A DNA stretch of 64,000 bases, filler included, from Sphacelaria rigidula (lineage: Eukaryota), in the NCBI GenBank assembly GCA_964200075.2. It is 4 parts of 4 records of this genome, joined end to end, with 100 filler letters (N's around TTAATTAATTAA, not from the genome) between each part and the next. Parts side by side here need not be neighbours in the genome. Positions count along the whole stretch, not along the records: positions 1 to 15,989 come from CAXNAA020001531.1; positions 16,090 to 32,076 come from CAXNAA020001532.1; 2 more parts are not named here. One strand, given 5' to 3'. The first letter of the stretch is position 1. Each line of letters opens with the position of its first letter. The position numbers and the translations under genes were made by a program. Shown one piece after another: positions 13,322 to 25,794 of this stretch. The notes beneath the pieces were generated by a model. The model was not told the DNA's origin. It did not search any database and saw nothing but the letters and a program-made list of their open reading frames with translations.

Positions 13322-15230
13322 ATGGGGAAGGGGAGGGGGAGGGGGGGGTACTGATTTGCCTTTGGTGATTCGATCATTGACGACGCATCCCTTTCAAGAC
13401 TGAGCACCATTCCTACTTCTAATGGAGACACCTCCATCATTCGGGTGCTCATGACGTTTCTTTCATTCCTTACACAAAATGTTTTTACATGCCTTATCTC
13501 CTTCTTGTTTGCCGTCTCTGGCCACCATCTGTCTCCTAGTATAGCCGTCGTTTTCCCACTACTGTCCATTGTACCGAACGATATTACGCCACCTTCGTTT
13601 ACTTCCCTCAATTCCCCCTCCAATACGACTCGTTTCGTCTTGTGTAGTTCATATTTCCCCATTCTAGGAGTTCTACTCTCTATTGCATTGCCGCAGGGGC
13701 AGTTGCTGTGCATCCAATTACTCGTCCACTCGACTACTGATATACCTCCTTCTTCTCTCCGGCAGGTCCCGGCCCTCCAATCGAAATCGCAGTTGCAAAT
13801 TTTTGGCGGAGTCCATTGGATCATGCAGATATGTATTGATCCCTGTTCCCTATCTCAACCCCCCCGTATATCTTCAATAGCTCTTCCTGGTCTAGTTTCC
13901 GTGTCAGCGCTTGTTTCTCCCTTACTTATTTCACGTCTCTCATTCTCGTCTCGTACCCCTCGCACTCACTTATTGTCATTATCCGGTCTTTGTTTCCTCC
14001 TGTGTCCTTCCATACTTTCTCGACTACGCTATCCCACCTTATTCCAGCCTGCCCTTTCGTCATTTTCTTGCAAACGGCCCTATCAACTATGGTCGGCAAT
14101 CTCTTTCTTTGCATGCTCCTTACGCTGTGTTGCCATTTGAATTTCCTCGTGTCTCCATTCGTTTCAAGTGGGTACATTCTCAACTGTGCTCTCAATGCTG
14201 TATTACTGATCGTTTTTGAGGATCCAAGCATTTCCCTAGCTGCTGTTGTTTGTAATGTTTTCAGCTTCTGCCCTAACTTGTGCAACTCCTTGTGAAAATA
14301 CCAAAGTATTTCGATATTCACCCGTCTAGCATCGTAGCACTTTTCACACATTCTGTCATCTTCTTCACCATTCTCTACATATTTTCTCTTATCCCAGTTT
14401 CCCGCAACTTTCCCACAGCTCCATTTTCCACGCTATGATACGCCTTCTGTACGTCTAGGGGGGAACAGTACGTTCCCAACCAACCCGGTGTCTTTCCTAC
14501 CTTAAATAATCTTCCTTAGTGTGCACGCATGGTCTACGCAATCACGGTTTGGTCTAAAACCTGCCCTAGCTGTGCTTTTCTCCCTTCTCTAGCATCGTTC
14601 CCACTCTTTCGTTCAGAGCCTTGCAGACCGTTTCCCTACGGTGCTCAGTAGCGTTATCCCACTACAATTCCCTGGGTCAGTCTTGTCTTCTTTCTTAAAA
14701 ACGAAACTTCACCATTACTCCTCCTCTCCACTTGTTTTGTCTGTACTCGTTTTCCCATATCCACTTCTACAGCATAAACATAATGGTCATCATCCCCTCT
14801 CCCTCGTACTTGGGAAATTCGTTCACTATTTTGTCTGCCCCCGCTGCGTCTCTAAAGAGATTCGTGATCAACGGTCGAGCGACTAAAGCAAGCAACAAAT
14901 GAGTACGCCCCTCACCCCCACCCCACCCCCCTGCTGCGTTTCTGTCTTGGAGTTTAGCTACACACTCTTTTACTTCCTCTCTTGTGAAATCTTTCTGTGA
15001 TTCTTTCGAGCCCCTATCTTCCCGTTTTGATGCATCTGCATTGCCTCTGTCCACGTGTTGATTTCTTTCTCGATTTCCATGTCGAAGATCTCGTCATTTG
15101 TTGATGTCCCTAGCTTTCTATCGTGCTCTGACAGGACTTTTCTCTTCCCCCTCGAACCATTAATCATTTTACCGTTCTGTGCTCTTGGAGTAGTTACCCT
15201 CTTTTCTGTCTCTTCTGCCTGTTTCCCCTT
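13322..15230 (-). mobile_element. RTEX-like non-LTR retrotransposon, 5'-truncated, with RT core deleted
   Basis: Fragments EEVKECVAKL...AAGADKIVNEF, SNTALRAQLRMYPLET and CPCGNAIESRT, ending in a C-rich tail. Homologous to 42870-46370; the FADD region is deleted near 14282. Confidence 0.9.
14853..14930 (+). mobile_element. ~80-bp 3' stub of the same LINE family, inserted antisense into the LINE
   Basis: gactaaagcaagcaacaaatgagtacgcccc tail flanked by an imperfect direct repeat, cc(c/t)gctgcgt(c/t)tc. Confidence 0.75.
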
Positions 15231-15308
15231 GTTCGTTTTTATTTCTGCCCACAGATGCTTAATCCCGCCATCGAAATTTTGATATGCTTCATGAACTCCA
15301 TCTTCCTA

Positions 15309-15625
15309 CGAGCTGGGCCAGCCTAGAGGCGGATTTGAAGTTTGCAGGCCCATTCTCTTTTATACATTTAGAGTTGGACCCTGAAATTTGGTATGGACAA
15401 TGTACAGGGCATAAACAAAAACAAACACTGCGGTACCAATATGTTTTTTGTTCTTTTTCATGCGTTAGGGGCATTTTACTGATACCTGAAAACCGATTAT
15501 TGCCCTCAACTCATGAAAAAAACAAAAAACATTTTGGTACCGCAATGACTTTTTTTTATGCCCTGTGCATTGTCCATACCAAATGTCAGGGTCCAACTCT
15601 AAATAAATAAAAGAGAATGGGCCTG
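15309..15625. mobile_element. DNA-transposon end containing a ~280-bp hairpin
   Basis: The TA|CGAGCTGGGCCAGCCTAGA terminus also occurs at 48689. Inverted arms of ~125-130 bp span 15345-15625. Confidence 0.7.
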
Positions 15626-15989
15626 TCAAAAACCGGGTCGGTAGAAATTCGGAACAGTATTTCGCAGGCCACTCACCGGCTCACGTTTGGTTTTCGTGTA
15701 TTGAAATTTTGTGTGGGCGCTCTCTAAGGCACAATTGACAAAACAAAGTGGGTCAGGTTGACTTTTTTTCAACTGCTTTCACTGGTTTAGGGCGTTCTAC
15801 TATTGTAAAGACCATATTTCACGAGAACGCCCTAACCTCTATGAAAAAATATAATTGGAAGGCCCTTCGTTTTTCTATTCGGCACTTTTTTGTGGTTCTC
15901 CACCCCAAAATTCGTCGCCATCCGCTAAATGCATCGATCGGGAGTTTCATAGAGATTTTAGTATTGGCGCTATCTCCCTTAGGTATAGG

Positions 15990-16089
15990 NNNNNNNNNNN
16001 NNNNNNNNNNNNNNNNNNNNNNNNNNNNNNNNNTTAATTAATTAANNNNNNNNNNNNNNNNNNNNNNNNNNNNNNNNNNNNNNNNNNNN
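15990..16089. other. Artificial scaffold linker (N44-TTAATTAATTAA-N44)
   Basis: 100-bp N block with a six-frame-stop spacer; the same block recurs at 32077-32176 and 48160-48259. Confidence 0.97.
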
Positions 16090-19000
16090 TCAATGATCTC
16101 CCCCCCCCCCCCCCCTGACCGGGGTAGGGTAAATACCCCATGTTGATTCAAGCTTTGCAATTTCCGTTCACGACAAATCGGCTCACATGGTATCGTGCCT
16201 TGTAGCATGTATGCACAACCAGTATGGCATTACGGTCACACGAGCAGTTTCGTGAATTTGCGAAGTATACAGAGAGTAAAAATGACATTCTTTCACCGAT
16301 GCATCCGTGGCCATGCATGTGATACTCTAGCAAGTGGTTCGCGTTCCTAGTTGTAGCCGACAGCATCTCGATAGCTTCTGTGTATCTTTTCCGCAGGCAG
16401 TTCGTTAACTCCCATCTGCTGGTTGATATCGCGTTGAGTAGTTTCACTCAGGCAAGACGGCCATTACTACCTCATGTGTCCCCACAGTATATAGTCTCGA
16501 ACAGACAGTACACGGCAGAGGTTCTTCCGCATGCAAAGTCTGACATTTGATATTCGATGGTGATTCGGAACAGTTTTGTTCCCACAGTGAAAGCACATTA
16601 CTCATGTACTGTTAGACTGAGTACAAAGTGAACGATTTCATCGAGGAGATGGTGCAGGCCGTAATCAGCCAGTACCGTAATCTCGTACAGCCATATTGTA
16701 ACAGCATCACAATAAATGAAACGGTAGCATGTCGTGAAACCCAAGGGTGTTATCGCAACTCAATGTGTGGAGACACAAGCGATTTTGAATTCAGCGGGTC
16801 TTGTCGAGTTTGAGTATGTGTGGAGCAGCATATATATTATTGTACCGTGGTTCCATTTCAATCAGCTGTATGAAACTCCAAAAATCATAGCGTACAGCAA
16901 CAGCAGCGTCAGTTGTGAACAAGTCTAACGTCAGTCCGTCCAGCGGCGCACGAAGATAGATTGTACTCGAATTAGTAAGAGTTCAACTGATATTTACTGT
17001 CAACCTCGTCTGTATACAACATCCCGTTTCTGGTGTGCAAACGTGATGAAAACTCCCGTGTGGTAAATACAGTAAGCACAAGCTTAATGGGTGAAGATGG
17101 CATAGTGTTGTGTTGCTCTTTTCAGCTGCATCGCATAGCAGGAAGCACACAGCAGCTGTTGCATGGAAAGATTTAGTAAAGCAGCCCAGAGAGTCATGCG
17201 ATCCTAGCATCCACCGTGACTCTACTAATTCAGGTCTACACGACAAGATTTGACCTGTCGCGGCTATAAAGCAAGCATGAAGCTGTCTCATCTCACAGCT
17301 CCTCGCACGATCGGCTTTCACATTTCGATCCTGTGCACTCACCCGTGAGGGCAAGGTTTTATTTCAAGGCGCAAGGAAGATCACACCGCTTCAACGGTTT
17401 CATTGCTGTTTGCGAAATATTCGACCTGCCACCGCGTATAAGCAAGCATAGCATGACACGGTCTAATACGTGGTCGCAGGTGATACCTCCCCTAGCTTCA
17501 TGTAACATCATGTTTCCCTGTATGTAGTGATTTCCTGCCTGCTTGTAGGTGAGCCTATTGTATAACGCACGCATACTCCGGACTCACGCGCGTTCCCCAA
17601 TTTATCCACACGTTGTCTGGCTTCCATGCTAGCTTAGTGCATAATGTCTACAATTATTACTTTCGTTGTTCAGTACCAGCCAATCGCCTGGTCGATTTCT
17701 TCTCGATATATATATCGGAAAAAGAAATGTGTGGAACCCGTAGACCCTCACGACCAGAAGCCCTGCCCAGACAAACGCAGCCTTGTCTGAAGGTAGTCAT
17801 AGCATGCACGGACAGACAAACCGCGTCGGAATTTGATTGTCGATAGGTGCAGAGTGGACAAACAACGGGAGATGGTATAGTGTACGTCTGGTGGCCTCGT
17901 GCAGGTATCTTGTCTCGCAGCACTCTCCGTAGCGGCCCAATCGTGGCAGTGTTGAGTTGATCACCCCAGCCAGGGTGAGCATGGGTAAATGACCCCATTC
18001 CTTGAGTTGTTGATGACTGATGGTGGATCATCCTTGATTCACCGTGTTATTTCCCTTCGATAATATGGAGCGGGTAATCGAAAAGGTGTGTACATTCTAG
18101 TAGATACTGTCATAATTGCTACACACTAGTACAACGTGCACCAGCAAGGTCTAGTTGCACTACCCACTGGTCGCGCGACAGGAGCTTCACGGTAGACTGT
18201 CGACCATTTTAGAACGGAAACGTTCACCTCTCAACCCTCATAAATATCGCGGACCATAACCGATGATTGTTTGGTGGGTTTCTTCAGAAGTTGTGAACAT
18301 AACTAAACTACACGGTTGGGTCTAGTTTTTATTTAGTATCGGAGCAGATATCCCCCAGCCCTCGAACTATCCAGAGGTGTACGTCCATTTTTCATAACAG
18401 TGAACCTTCCGCAACTCAATGACCTGCCCCCCCTGACCGGGGGGGTGCCGTGTTTCGTCCATTCAAACTTCGCAACTTCCCGTTGATGACAATTGTCTGC
18501 TCAGTCTGTCGGCAGGCGTAAGTCATAATTTGATAGAGACTCGCTAAGGCAGGTCGTGATAAGTTTTAGGGTTTGATAGACGGAACGTTTCGATCTACCT
18601 CGAATCGTTAGTTTTAACCACCGCCTCCTATGCATCATTTTTACCAGACACGCGGTAGCACTGTGAACCTGCATGTATCTGGCGAGTAAAGGTACGCGGC
18701 GGCGTTGTGAAGCCGCATCACAGTCAACATGTCAGGTTTCAAAGTACGGCCTTTTCAGCATGGCTGGCGTCGGTGAACTGTTGATGTAGCGTCACCACAA
18801 CCTGACTGCTCGCCAAGATGCGCTACAGTGTTTGTCGTAGAGCTATACAGAAGCAGCGGTACCGAATTTCAGTGCATTTCAATACAGCTCGGTCACTCGA
18901 TTACCGTGTGATAACATGGGTATGGTCCTGTGTACATAATCAGTTTGCCCAGATGCAAGTGTGGGGTAATTGACAGAGGTCTGACCGCCTGGTGTCCACA

Positions 19001-22000
19001 AGTCGGCATACTGAAGATTTACCGGGCCCGAATCTGCGTAATTAATTAGCGTGTGAAGCTCACATCTCACGTCATCGTTCCCACACCCGATCCGGGTAAC
19101 CCAAGGTGAATAGAAAGAAGCCCAGCAAAAGCCTTCAAGCCCTCTCAGGTGTCGAAGCTTTTCCCTGTCCGTTCTGTTGCGTTGCGTTCACGAATCACGC
19201 ACACTGTTTTGGATTGCATGAGCAGTGATACTGTTGTTGTGTTCGTCCCTACCCAAAACAATCTTAGTCGTACGCAGTGCTGTATGCACTTTTGTGGAAA
19301 AATTCGTGGGTATGTGGACTCTTTTGTTTTCGGTGAGACGAACAACGTTCTGTCGCGCGAGTGCCGTGCGTTGGGCACCTGTACTGTACTGTAGTTGTGA
19401 CAGTCAGTACAGTCTGCAGAAAGGGGTAATTTGACGTCACCACCCCTCATTTCGGAATAATTCAACCGTACTTGGCGAAGATACCCTCATTTTGTTTTAT
19501 TGTTTCCCGTGATCCCTGCTACATTCGAGCGCCATTGCAGATTCACGGGTATCTCACCGTAACCGTAACATGATGGCTAAAGAAAACACAACGTTGCGTC
19601 TAGAAGCTGTGTCGCGCGGCTATCACCGAGCGCACCACAGCTGTTGCGTGGGGTGGATTTGACAATCGGTGCAGTGGCATAAAGATCCAAGCACCCTCGT
19701 TTGGGACCTGTCTAAACAATCCATTCCACTGGATCCGGCTCTTGCTTGAGGTAGCACTCGTTTCATTCAAAGTATGAAGCGAGGTGCGGCATCTCGGTTT
19801 TCCCGTTAAAACCAAACGCGAAGGTATAACAGCAGCATCGGCTTGGTGTGTCACGCACCCTCGGCGCTCGTTACTTCCAATCAACAGCTCACATCAGCAT
19901 TTGCTTGCTGTAAATACCCCCCCCTGGTTGTTCCTGTTCTTCGCCGCGCCTTTGGTGCCACCAAAATCTGATGACGTTCGAGGTAACACCAACCCACTGG
20001 GCCAGTGTCGCGCATCAGCGGACAGTAATTCGGGGGTGCATAGCTCATTTAACCGGTGCGACGTCCGCGTACAGCTATACAATTTTTTCTAATGGGTGTA
20101 GTCAGCGCCACGTTGCTCACGCGTCAACAATCGTGCGTGCAGCTGTTGCATTTAAAGGATATAACGTGTAGAGGCTCATGCCTTCTGATATCAACTCTGC
20201 GCTTCCTGTTCAATAAAAAATTAGCTGAAGATTCTGACTCTGAACTGTAAGAGCGTCGAATCGAACTGCGTGGGAAGCACGCCGTTTTACTTTACCTGAA
20301 TGCATAGTGCACAGGACTCGCTCATAGCCACCTACGCGCAGGTTGTGCAGTAAGCCTGTAGCGGGTGTGGCGCTGATATTAACTCTTGACAAAATATCAT
20401 TTTTGTGCCGTCTTCCTTGCTACCGTATCGCTGATTTGGGCGCGCATCCGTTTCATCTGCCTCAAGATACGTGCGTAAAGCATGGCGGTAATAACTGCAC
20501 CTCCACCTCACCAGTCACGCTGTGAGCGATATCGCTACGCTAACGTTGTGGACACGCATCTTCAAGCGGCGCAAACACACCCGAATGGGCCTTAGTCTTG
20601 AGGTTCATCTCGGGGCCTCAGCTCATGCATCACTTCATGTTTTCTTTCTTCGGTTGAGTCTGAGTATACATACAATATCCCGAAATCATATTGTTATTTA
20701 TGTGGGTATGTGCCCACTGACTCGCGTCATGGGCGGCGCATTTACAAGCTCCACTTGTTACAGCAGTACACATGACAAACGTAAATTTCCGCCTGCAGCT
20801 ACTTCGTCTTGAAGCATCTTTCTCGCAAGTGCAAATCTTTGTGGCTTCCGGTTCAAGCTCTCATTCCTTTTGCTCTATTGTGCGTTGTTCGGTCTATGAT
20901 CCTGGGATGATAATCTCGTTAATTGATGTTATGGCATGTGGAGTTCTGCACGCGTTTCATGATAGAAGCATAGCTCTTGCCCGCTGTTGCTTGAGGCAAC
21001 GAATCACACTTGACGCATTCCGTACGTACGTGGCAGAATTGAAATCTTCGCCTGAGCAGCATTGTATCTCGCAGTCATTTTTGCGGGGTACCTGTCATGG
21101 TCAAGAGTACATTGATTATTTTTAATTCGACTGATTGCGTTTCTTCACTTTACCCCAAGCACGGTGGGAACCACTATAGCGGTCTCCGTCGCTTGATTCC
21201 CTTTGTGCCGTCGTAAGCGTGAGCACGAGCGCGTCGCTCCCAGCGCGCATCACCCAGCGCGCATCATGATGGCTGATTATTTGTTTTGTCACGTGATGCC
21301 CTTGCTAACTTATCGCGAGGTGGGGAAAACGCACATGTTTTGCTCTCTTTATTAATAAGAAAATTGAATATCTCAGTGAACATTTTCCGGAACATTTTAC
21401 CTCTCCTGGCTTGAGCCGCACCGCAGATGATATGATCGAACACAATAGTCCCGGTGAGAAGCGCCATGATACAACTAAACGACAGTCTCCAGTTGTTGTC
21501 AGCATTTGCTTAACTCACAGTGCAGGTTGATCACCGAACTAGGCAAACAAGAAAACTTCGGTCAACGATTACGAAATTTCACTATTTCGTGTGGGACCTT
21601 TCATTCTACATATTATTTGACTGCCATCCATTTGTGCACGAGTTCGTTCATATTCATTTACTACAGGTCGATCCTTTCACATCTGTTCATAAAGTACTCA
21701 AGCTCCAAACCGTCTCACCGCCAATCTTGTAACAATCGTAAGCTCACAGCGCGTGGGGAGACAGTCCAACGCAGTACAGTACACGTCGATCGTCAGGATA
21801 TCTTTATTCACAGCTTCAGGTGATTCGATTTATTTTGTTCCTTGGTGGTGTTTATAGCCAGAGTCTTCTCGAGAAGTTCTAAACACCAGGGCATCACAGC
21901 ATTGCACCGATTCTTAGAAAGAATCGGGTTCAACCAGATGTAAGAGGCATGTTTATGTACTCCGTATCTTGACGGATTACTTAACATCCTCACCCCTGAC

Positions 22001-22099
22001 CGCAGGTACTAGCCAGTTCCCGCGATCAGCCCTCCGGGCGCGCAACGGCCCATCATTGTGCTGCCCCCCTTCCACCGCATCACGCCGCGATCCGTAACA
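16090..22099 (-). repeat. Long direct repeat copy A, putative 3' LTR (>=6.0 kb, cut by scaffold end)
   Basis: Collinear with 25795-32003 at roughly 85-95% identity by eye. On the minus strand it begins TGTTACGGATC immediately after GAGGGGGGG. Confidence 0.85.
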
Positions 22100-22137
22100 C
22101 CCCCCCTCAGTCCTAGGATTGAAAACCCTGGGACTGA
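22100..22137 (-). promoter_or_regulatory. Polypurine tract preceded by a hairpin
   Basis: Minus strand tcagtcccagggttttcaatcctaggactGAGGGGGGG|TG, located 3' of the pol remnant. Confidence 0.7.
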
Positions 22138-22211
22138 CGTGATTCACACGATGGATCGCCGCATTACCATGTCCCTCTTCCGAATGCTCAGCGTCGGGGT
22201 GTAGCCGTCGA

Positions 22212-22368
22212 TCTTGATAATCGTTCTGCCGGGTTAGACCACGTAGGGAATTTAAACTCCGTGCAGGACGATCCCTTCCAGTCCGGAGGCGTCCTTGATC
22301 TTGTTGACTGCTCTGCCGGGTTAGATCACGCAGGGAATTTAAGCACCGTGCAGAACGATCCCTTTTCC
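22212..22368. repeat. Two ~70-bp direct repeats between the pol stop and the PPT
   Basis: tctgccgggttaga(c/t)cacg(t/c)agggaatttaa...ccgtgcag(g/a)acgatccctt occurs twice. Confidence 0.8.
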
Positions 22369-22371
22369 CCA

Positions 22372-23150
22372 TTAATTAAATCCTGAAGCGGCTGTGGTAC
22401 CCTGTTCCTTCACCGCATTTTTCCGCACCTCCGACGGCGTCATCTCTTCCCAATCCCCATCCTCATACTTGATACGGTTATACGGCTGCCGGAAGTCGAA
22501 CACTCCCCCGTTGAACTCCTGCCGCTCACCTTGGTTGTCCACAAACTGTTTACGTATGCTGGTCCCTCGAGGAATGAGTCGCAAAGCTTCATCCCGAGCA
22601 AAAGAGTTTCTTTCCGCTCGAGATGGGATAACGGATGGGCGCGGTTTGGTTTGCGGGTTACATAGTTCCCACAAAGCATGAAATACGTCCAACTGTAGTC
22701 CAGTGAAACTGTCCAAAACTTCCTCCTCTGAAAGCCAGTGAGACTCGGTTCCGTCATGAAACAACCCCCGATAGGCCCACTCCCAGGACGATCCTGATCC
22801 TAACACCACTTTCCTATCTGTCAATGTATGCAGTTGCGGAACGGTCATGATCTCCTCAGCTAGCCCCAAAATCTTCATCGTCGGCGTCCTGCTGTCACTA
22901 GGGTTTGCTGCCCCTCAGGAATCCTGCTCCTTGCCGCTGCAGTTTGCCCGATATGTTTCCCCAAATCACCAAAGACTTTCACCACTGCTTCGATGCATAG
23001 CTCTCCCCCCCCTGCCCCGGTGCCCAGCAACACCGTTACTGGTGAGCAGTGGCTACTCTTGCTGTGGTGCCAAACTTCAGCTTGTACCCTCAGCTGTTGT
23101 GCATCGTTCCTACTCGCTTCGGCTAAAATGGCGTTCGCGCTGTTCTAAGA
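22372..23150 (-). pseudogene. Ty3/Gypsy pol remnant: aspartic protease fragment joined to chromo-like and Tudor-like C-terminal domains
   Basis: VTVLLGTGAGG near 23040-23010 resembles a degenerate LLDTGA. ORF 22372-22878 contains LTDRKVV...WAYRGLFHDGTESHWLSEEEV and GTSIRKQF...FNGGVFDFRQPYNRIKYEDGDWEEM. No RT, RNase H or integrase core is present. Confidence 0.65.
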
Positions 23151-23154
23151 CGCA

Positions 23155-24385
23155 TTGGAAACTTCTGGCCTCATGTCAACCTGTTCGAAAACATATGGGA
23201 AACTCCTGGCTCCCCTGTCAACCTGTTCGAAAACACACGGGAAATCCTGGCCCCCTGTCAACCTGCTCGAAAACACATGGGAAACTCCTGGCCCCCTGTC
23301 AACCTACTCGAGAACACATGGGAAACTCCTGGCTCCCCTGTCAACCTGTTCGCACGCACAAGAGAAACTCCTGGCCCCCTGTCAACCTGCTCGAAAACAC
23401 ATGGGAAACTCCTGGATTTCTGTCAACCTGTTCGCACGCACAAGGGAAACTCCTGGCCCCCTGTCAACCTGTTCGCACGCACAAGGGAAACTCCTGGCTC
23501 CCCTGTCAACCTACTCGAGAACACATGGGAAACTCCTGGCTCCCCTGTCAACCTGTTCGCACGCACAAGAGAAACTCCTGGCTCCCTGTCAACCTGTTCA
23601 AAAACACATGGGAAACCCCTGGATCTCTGTCAACCTGTTCGCACGCACAAGAGAAACTCCTGGCTCCCTGTCAACCTGCTCGAAAACACATGGGAAACTC
23701 CTGGCTCACCTGTCAACCCACTCGAAAACACATGGGAAACTCCTGGCGCCCCTGTCAACCTGTTCGCACGCACATGGGAAACTCCTGGCTCCCCTGTCAA
23801 CCTGTTCGAAAACACATGGGAAACCCCTGGATCTCTGTCAACCTGTTCGAAAACACATGGGAAACTCCTGGCTCCCCTGTCAACCTGTTCGCACGCACAA
23901 GGGAAACTCCTGACTCCCCTATCAACCTGCTCGAAAACACATGGGAAACTCCTGGATCTCTGTCAACCTGTTCGCACGCACAAGAGAAACTCCTGGCTCC
24001 CTGTCAACCTGCTCGAAAACACATGGGAAACCCCTGGCTCCCTGTCAACCTGTTGGCACGCACAAGAGAAACTCCTGGCCCCCTGTCAACCTGCTCGAAA
24101 ACACATGGGAAGCTCCTGGCTCCCCTGTCAACCTGTTCGAAAACACATGGGAAATCCTGGATTTCTGTCAACCTGTTGGCACGCACAAGGGAAACTCCTG
24201 GGCCCCTGTCAACCTGCTCGAAAACACATGGGAAACCCCTGGCTCCCCTATCAACCTGTTCGAAAACATATGAGAAATCCTGGCTCCCCTGTCAACCTGC
24301 TCGAAAACACATGGGAAATCCTGGATCTCTGTCAACCTGTTCGCACGCGCAAGGGACTCCTGGCCCCCTGTCAGCCGTTCGACCA
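23155..24385. repeat. Minisatellite, ~30 units of 40-42 bp
   Basis: Unit tgtcaacctg(t/c)tcg[aaaacacatgg|cacgcacaag(a/g)]gaaactcctgg(ctcccc|ccccc|atctc), with interspersed variants. Confidence 0.97.
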
Positions 24386-24469
24386 GCATGGTCTTGACAT
24401 CTTGAGCCTTTGTCCTCGCCCATTTTCCTGTATGCAATCAAATCCTGCTTGTTCGCTGCATGGTGCAAG

Positions 24470-24496
24470 CATATATATATATATATATATATATAT
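24470..24496. repeat. (AT)n microsatellite
   Basis: Read directly from the sequence. Confidence 0.95.
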
Positions 24497-24714
24497 GGTT
24501 CATACAACTTTCTCGTCCATCCATTCGATGTCCGGCTTGTATGTTGGCAACTTGCCTAGTCTCCACGATAAACACACGAGTCGTTCATTACAAGCCAACG
24601 ACTTCCATCAGATTATTTCCAGCGTAACTCCGGCAAAGGAATGTGTGGAACCCATGGACTCTCAGGACCAGAAGAATGTAGCCCTGCCCCCGGGACGATC
24701 ATAGCGCGCACAGG

Positions 24715-24835
24715 TTGACGGTCATCTTCGAATTGATCGTCGGAGCACGCACGTAGATGGTTATCTTCGAATGGATTGTCAGAGCGTGCACAAGTAGACG
24801 GTCATCTTCGAATTGATTGTCGGAGCGTGCACTAG
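24715..24835. repeat. Three ~40-bp tandem units
   Basis: ggt(c/t)atcttcgaat(t/g)gat(c/t)gtc(g/a)gagc occurs three times. Confidence 0.85.
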
Positions 24836-25794
24836 TGTAGACTGTCAACGGGAACTGACGGAGCATCCGTCTGGTTGCCGCATGCAAGCACATTAGCATG
24901 CAGCTTCCCTCATAGCCGCTCAATCGTTGTGGATCTGAGTTGATTATCACCCTCATGAGTAGCAACATGAAATTTGGCAGGCGGGCACCAACAATAATTG
25001 TTGACGAGCAACTGTTGTAGGTTTCATGCAGTCCTGTGATCCACCGCTGTGGGTAATATTGATCAAATAATGATATGTTCAGCAGTGGGCCTGTAAACAA
25101 TCACCTACGTATGCACAGTCGAAATATAACTACAAGTACATGGTTGGGTTTGATCTCTTAGAATCGAAACAACTTCACAGAACTCTCCATTCGTTTTTCG
25201 TATGCATGGCTCGTTTATACTCTTTGAAGATATCTACTAAGGGCACAAACGATCAAACAGGGGAATCACGTAGAGCTTTCATCCATTTTCCATGACGAAA
25301 TAGCATTTATTTCGAGCATTAATGATTTGCCCCCCCTGACCAGTTGGTAGGGTAAATATCTCATGTTTCGTTCATTCAAGCCTCGCAATTTCTGTGCACG
25401 GCTAATCGGCTTACATAGTACCGTGCCTGGTAGCATGTGTGCACAACCAGTTTGACATTACGGTTACACAAACAGATTTTCGTGCATTAACGGACGGCAG
25501 CGTAACAATGTCATTCTCTATCAGTTGCATACACGGTCATGTATGAGGTGCGGTTCTTAGGTGCAGACGGAAACGATCACCCATGTATTGAAAGTCGTGA
25601 AGTAAAGTCAAAGTACATGGTTGGGTCTGATTTCTTCAAAATCGGAGCAGACATCACATAGCCCCGAAGTTCTCAAGCATGTATGGCTCACCCGCCCACC
25701 CTTTGAAGCTATCCAGCAAGGGCAAAACTATCAATCAGGGGGAACTACGTTGAAGTTACATGCAACTTCCATGATAATAACACACATTATCGCA

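Noticed and set aside
13445-14140. 231-aa plus-strand ORF and similar hydrophobic ORFs such as 12485-13159
   Set aside because: Antisense shadows of LINE coding sequence or of purine-rich retroposon UTRs.
18420-18510. Possible hammerhead ribozyme (minus-strand GACGAAAC plus a C7/G7 hairpin)
   Set aside because: There is no CUGANGA core with a valid stem II. The other CTGATGA sites I checked also fail.
23155-24385. CRISPR-like array
   Set aside because: The units are contiguous with only recurring variants and no unique spacers, there are no cas genes, and the context is eukaryotic.
24368-24390. Candidate PBS TGGTCGAACGGCTGACAGG
   Set aside because: It looks like a degenerate minisatellite unit, and I recognise no tRNA match or LTR-like end beside it.
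22847-24704. 516-, 475- and 252-aa plus-strand ORFs
   Set aside because: They are by-products of a stop-free 40-42 bp tandem unit; the same peptides cycle through all three frames.
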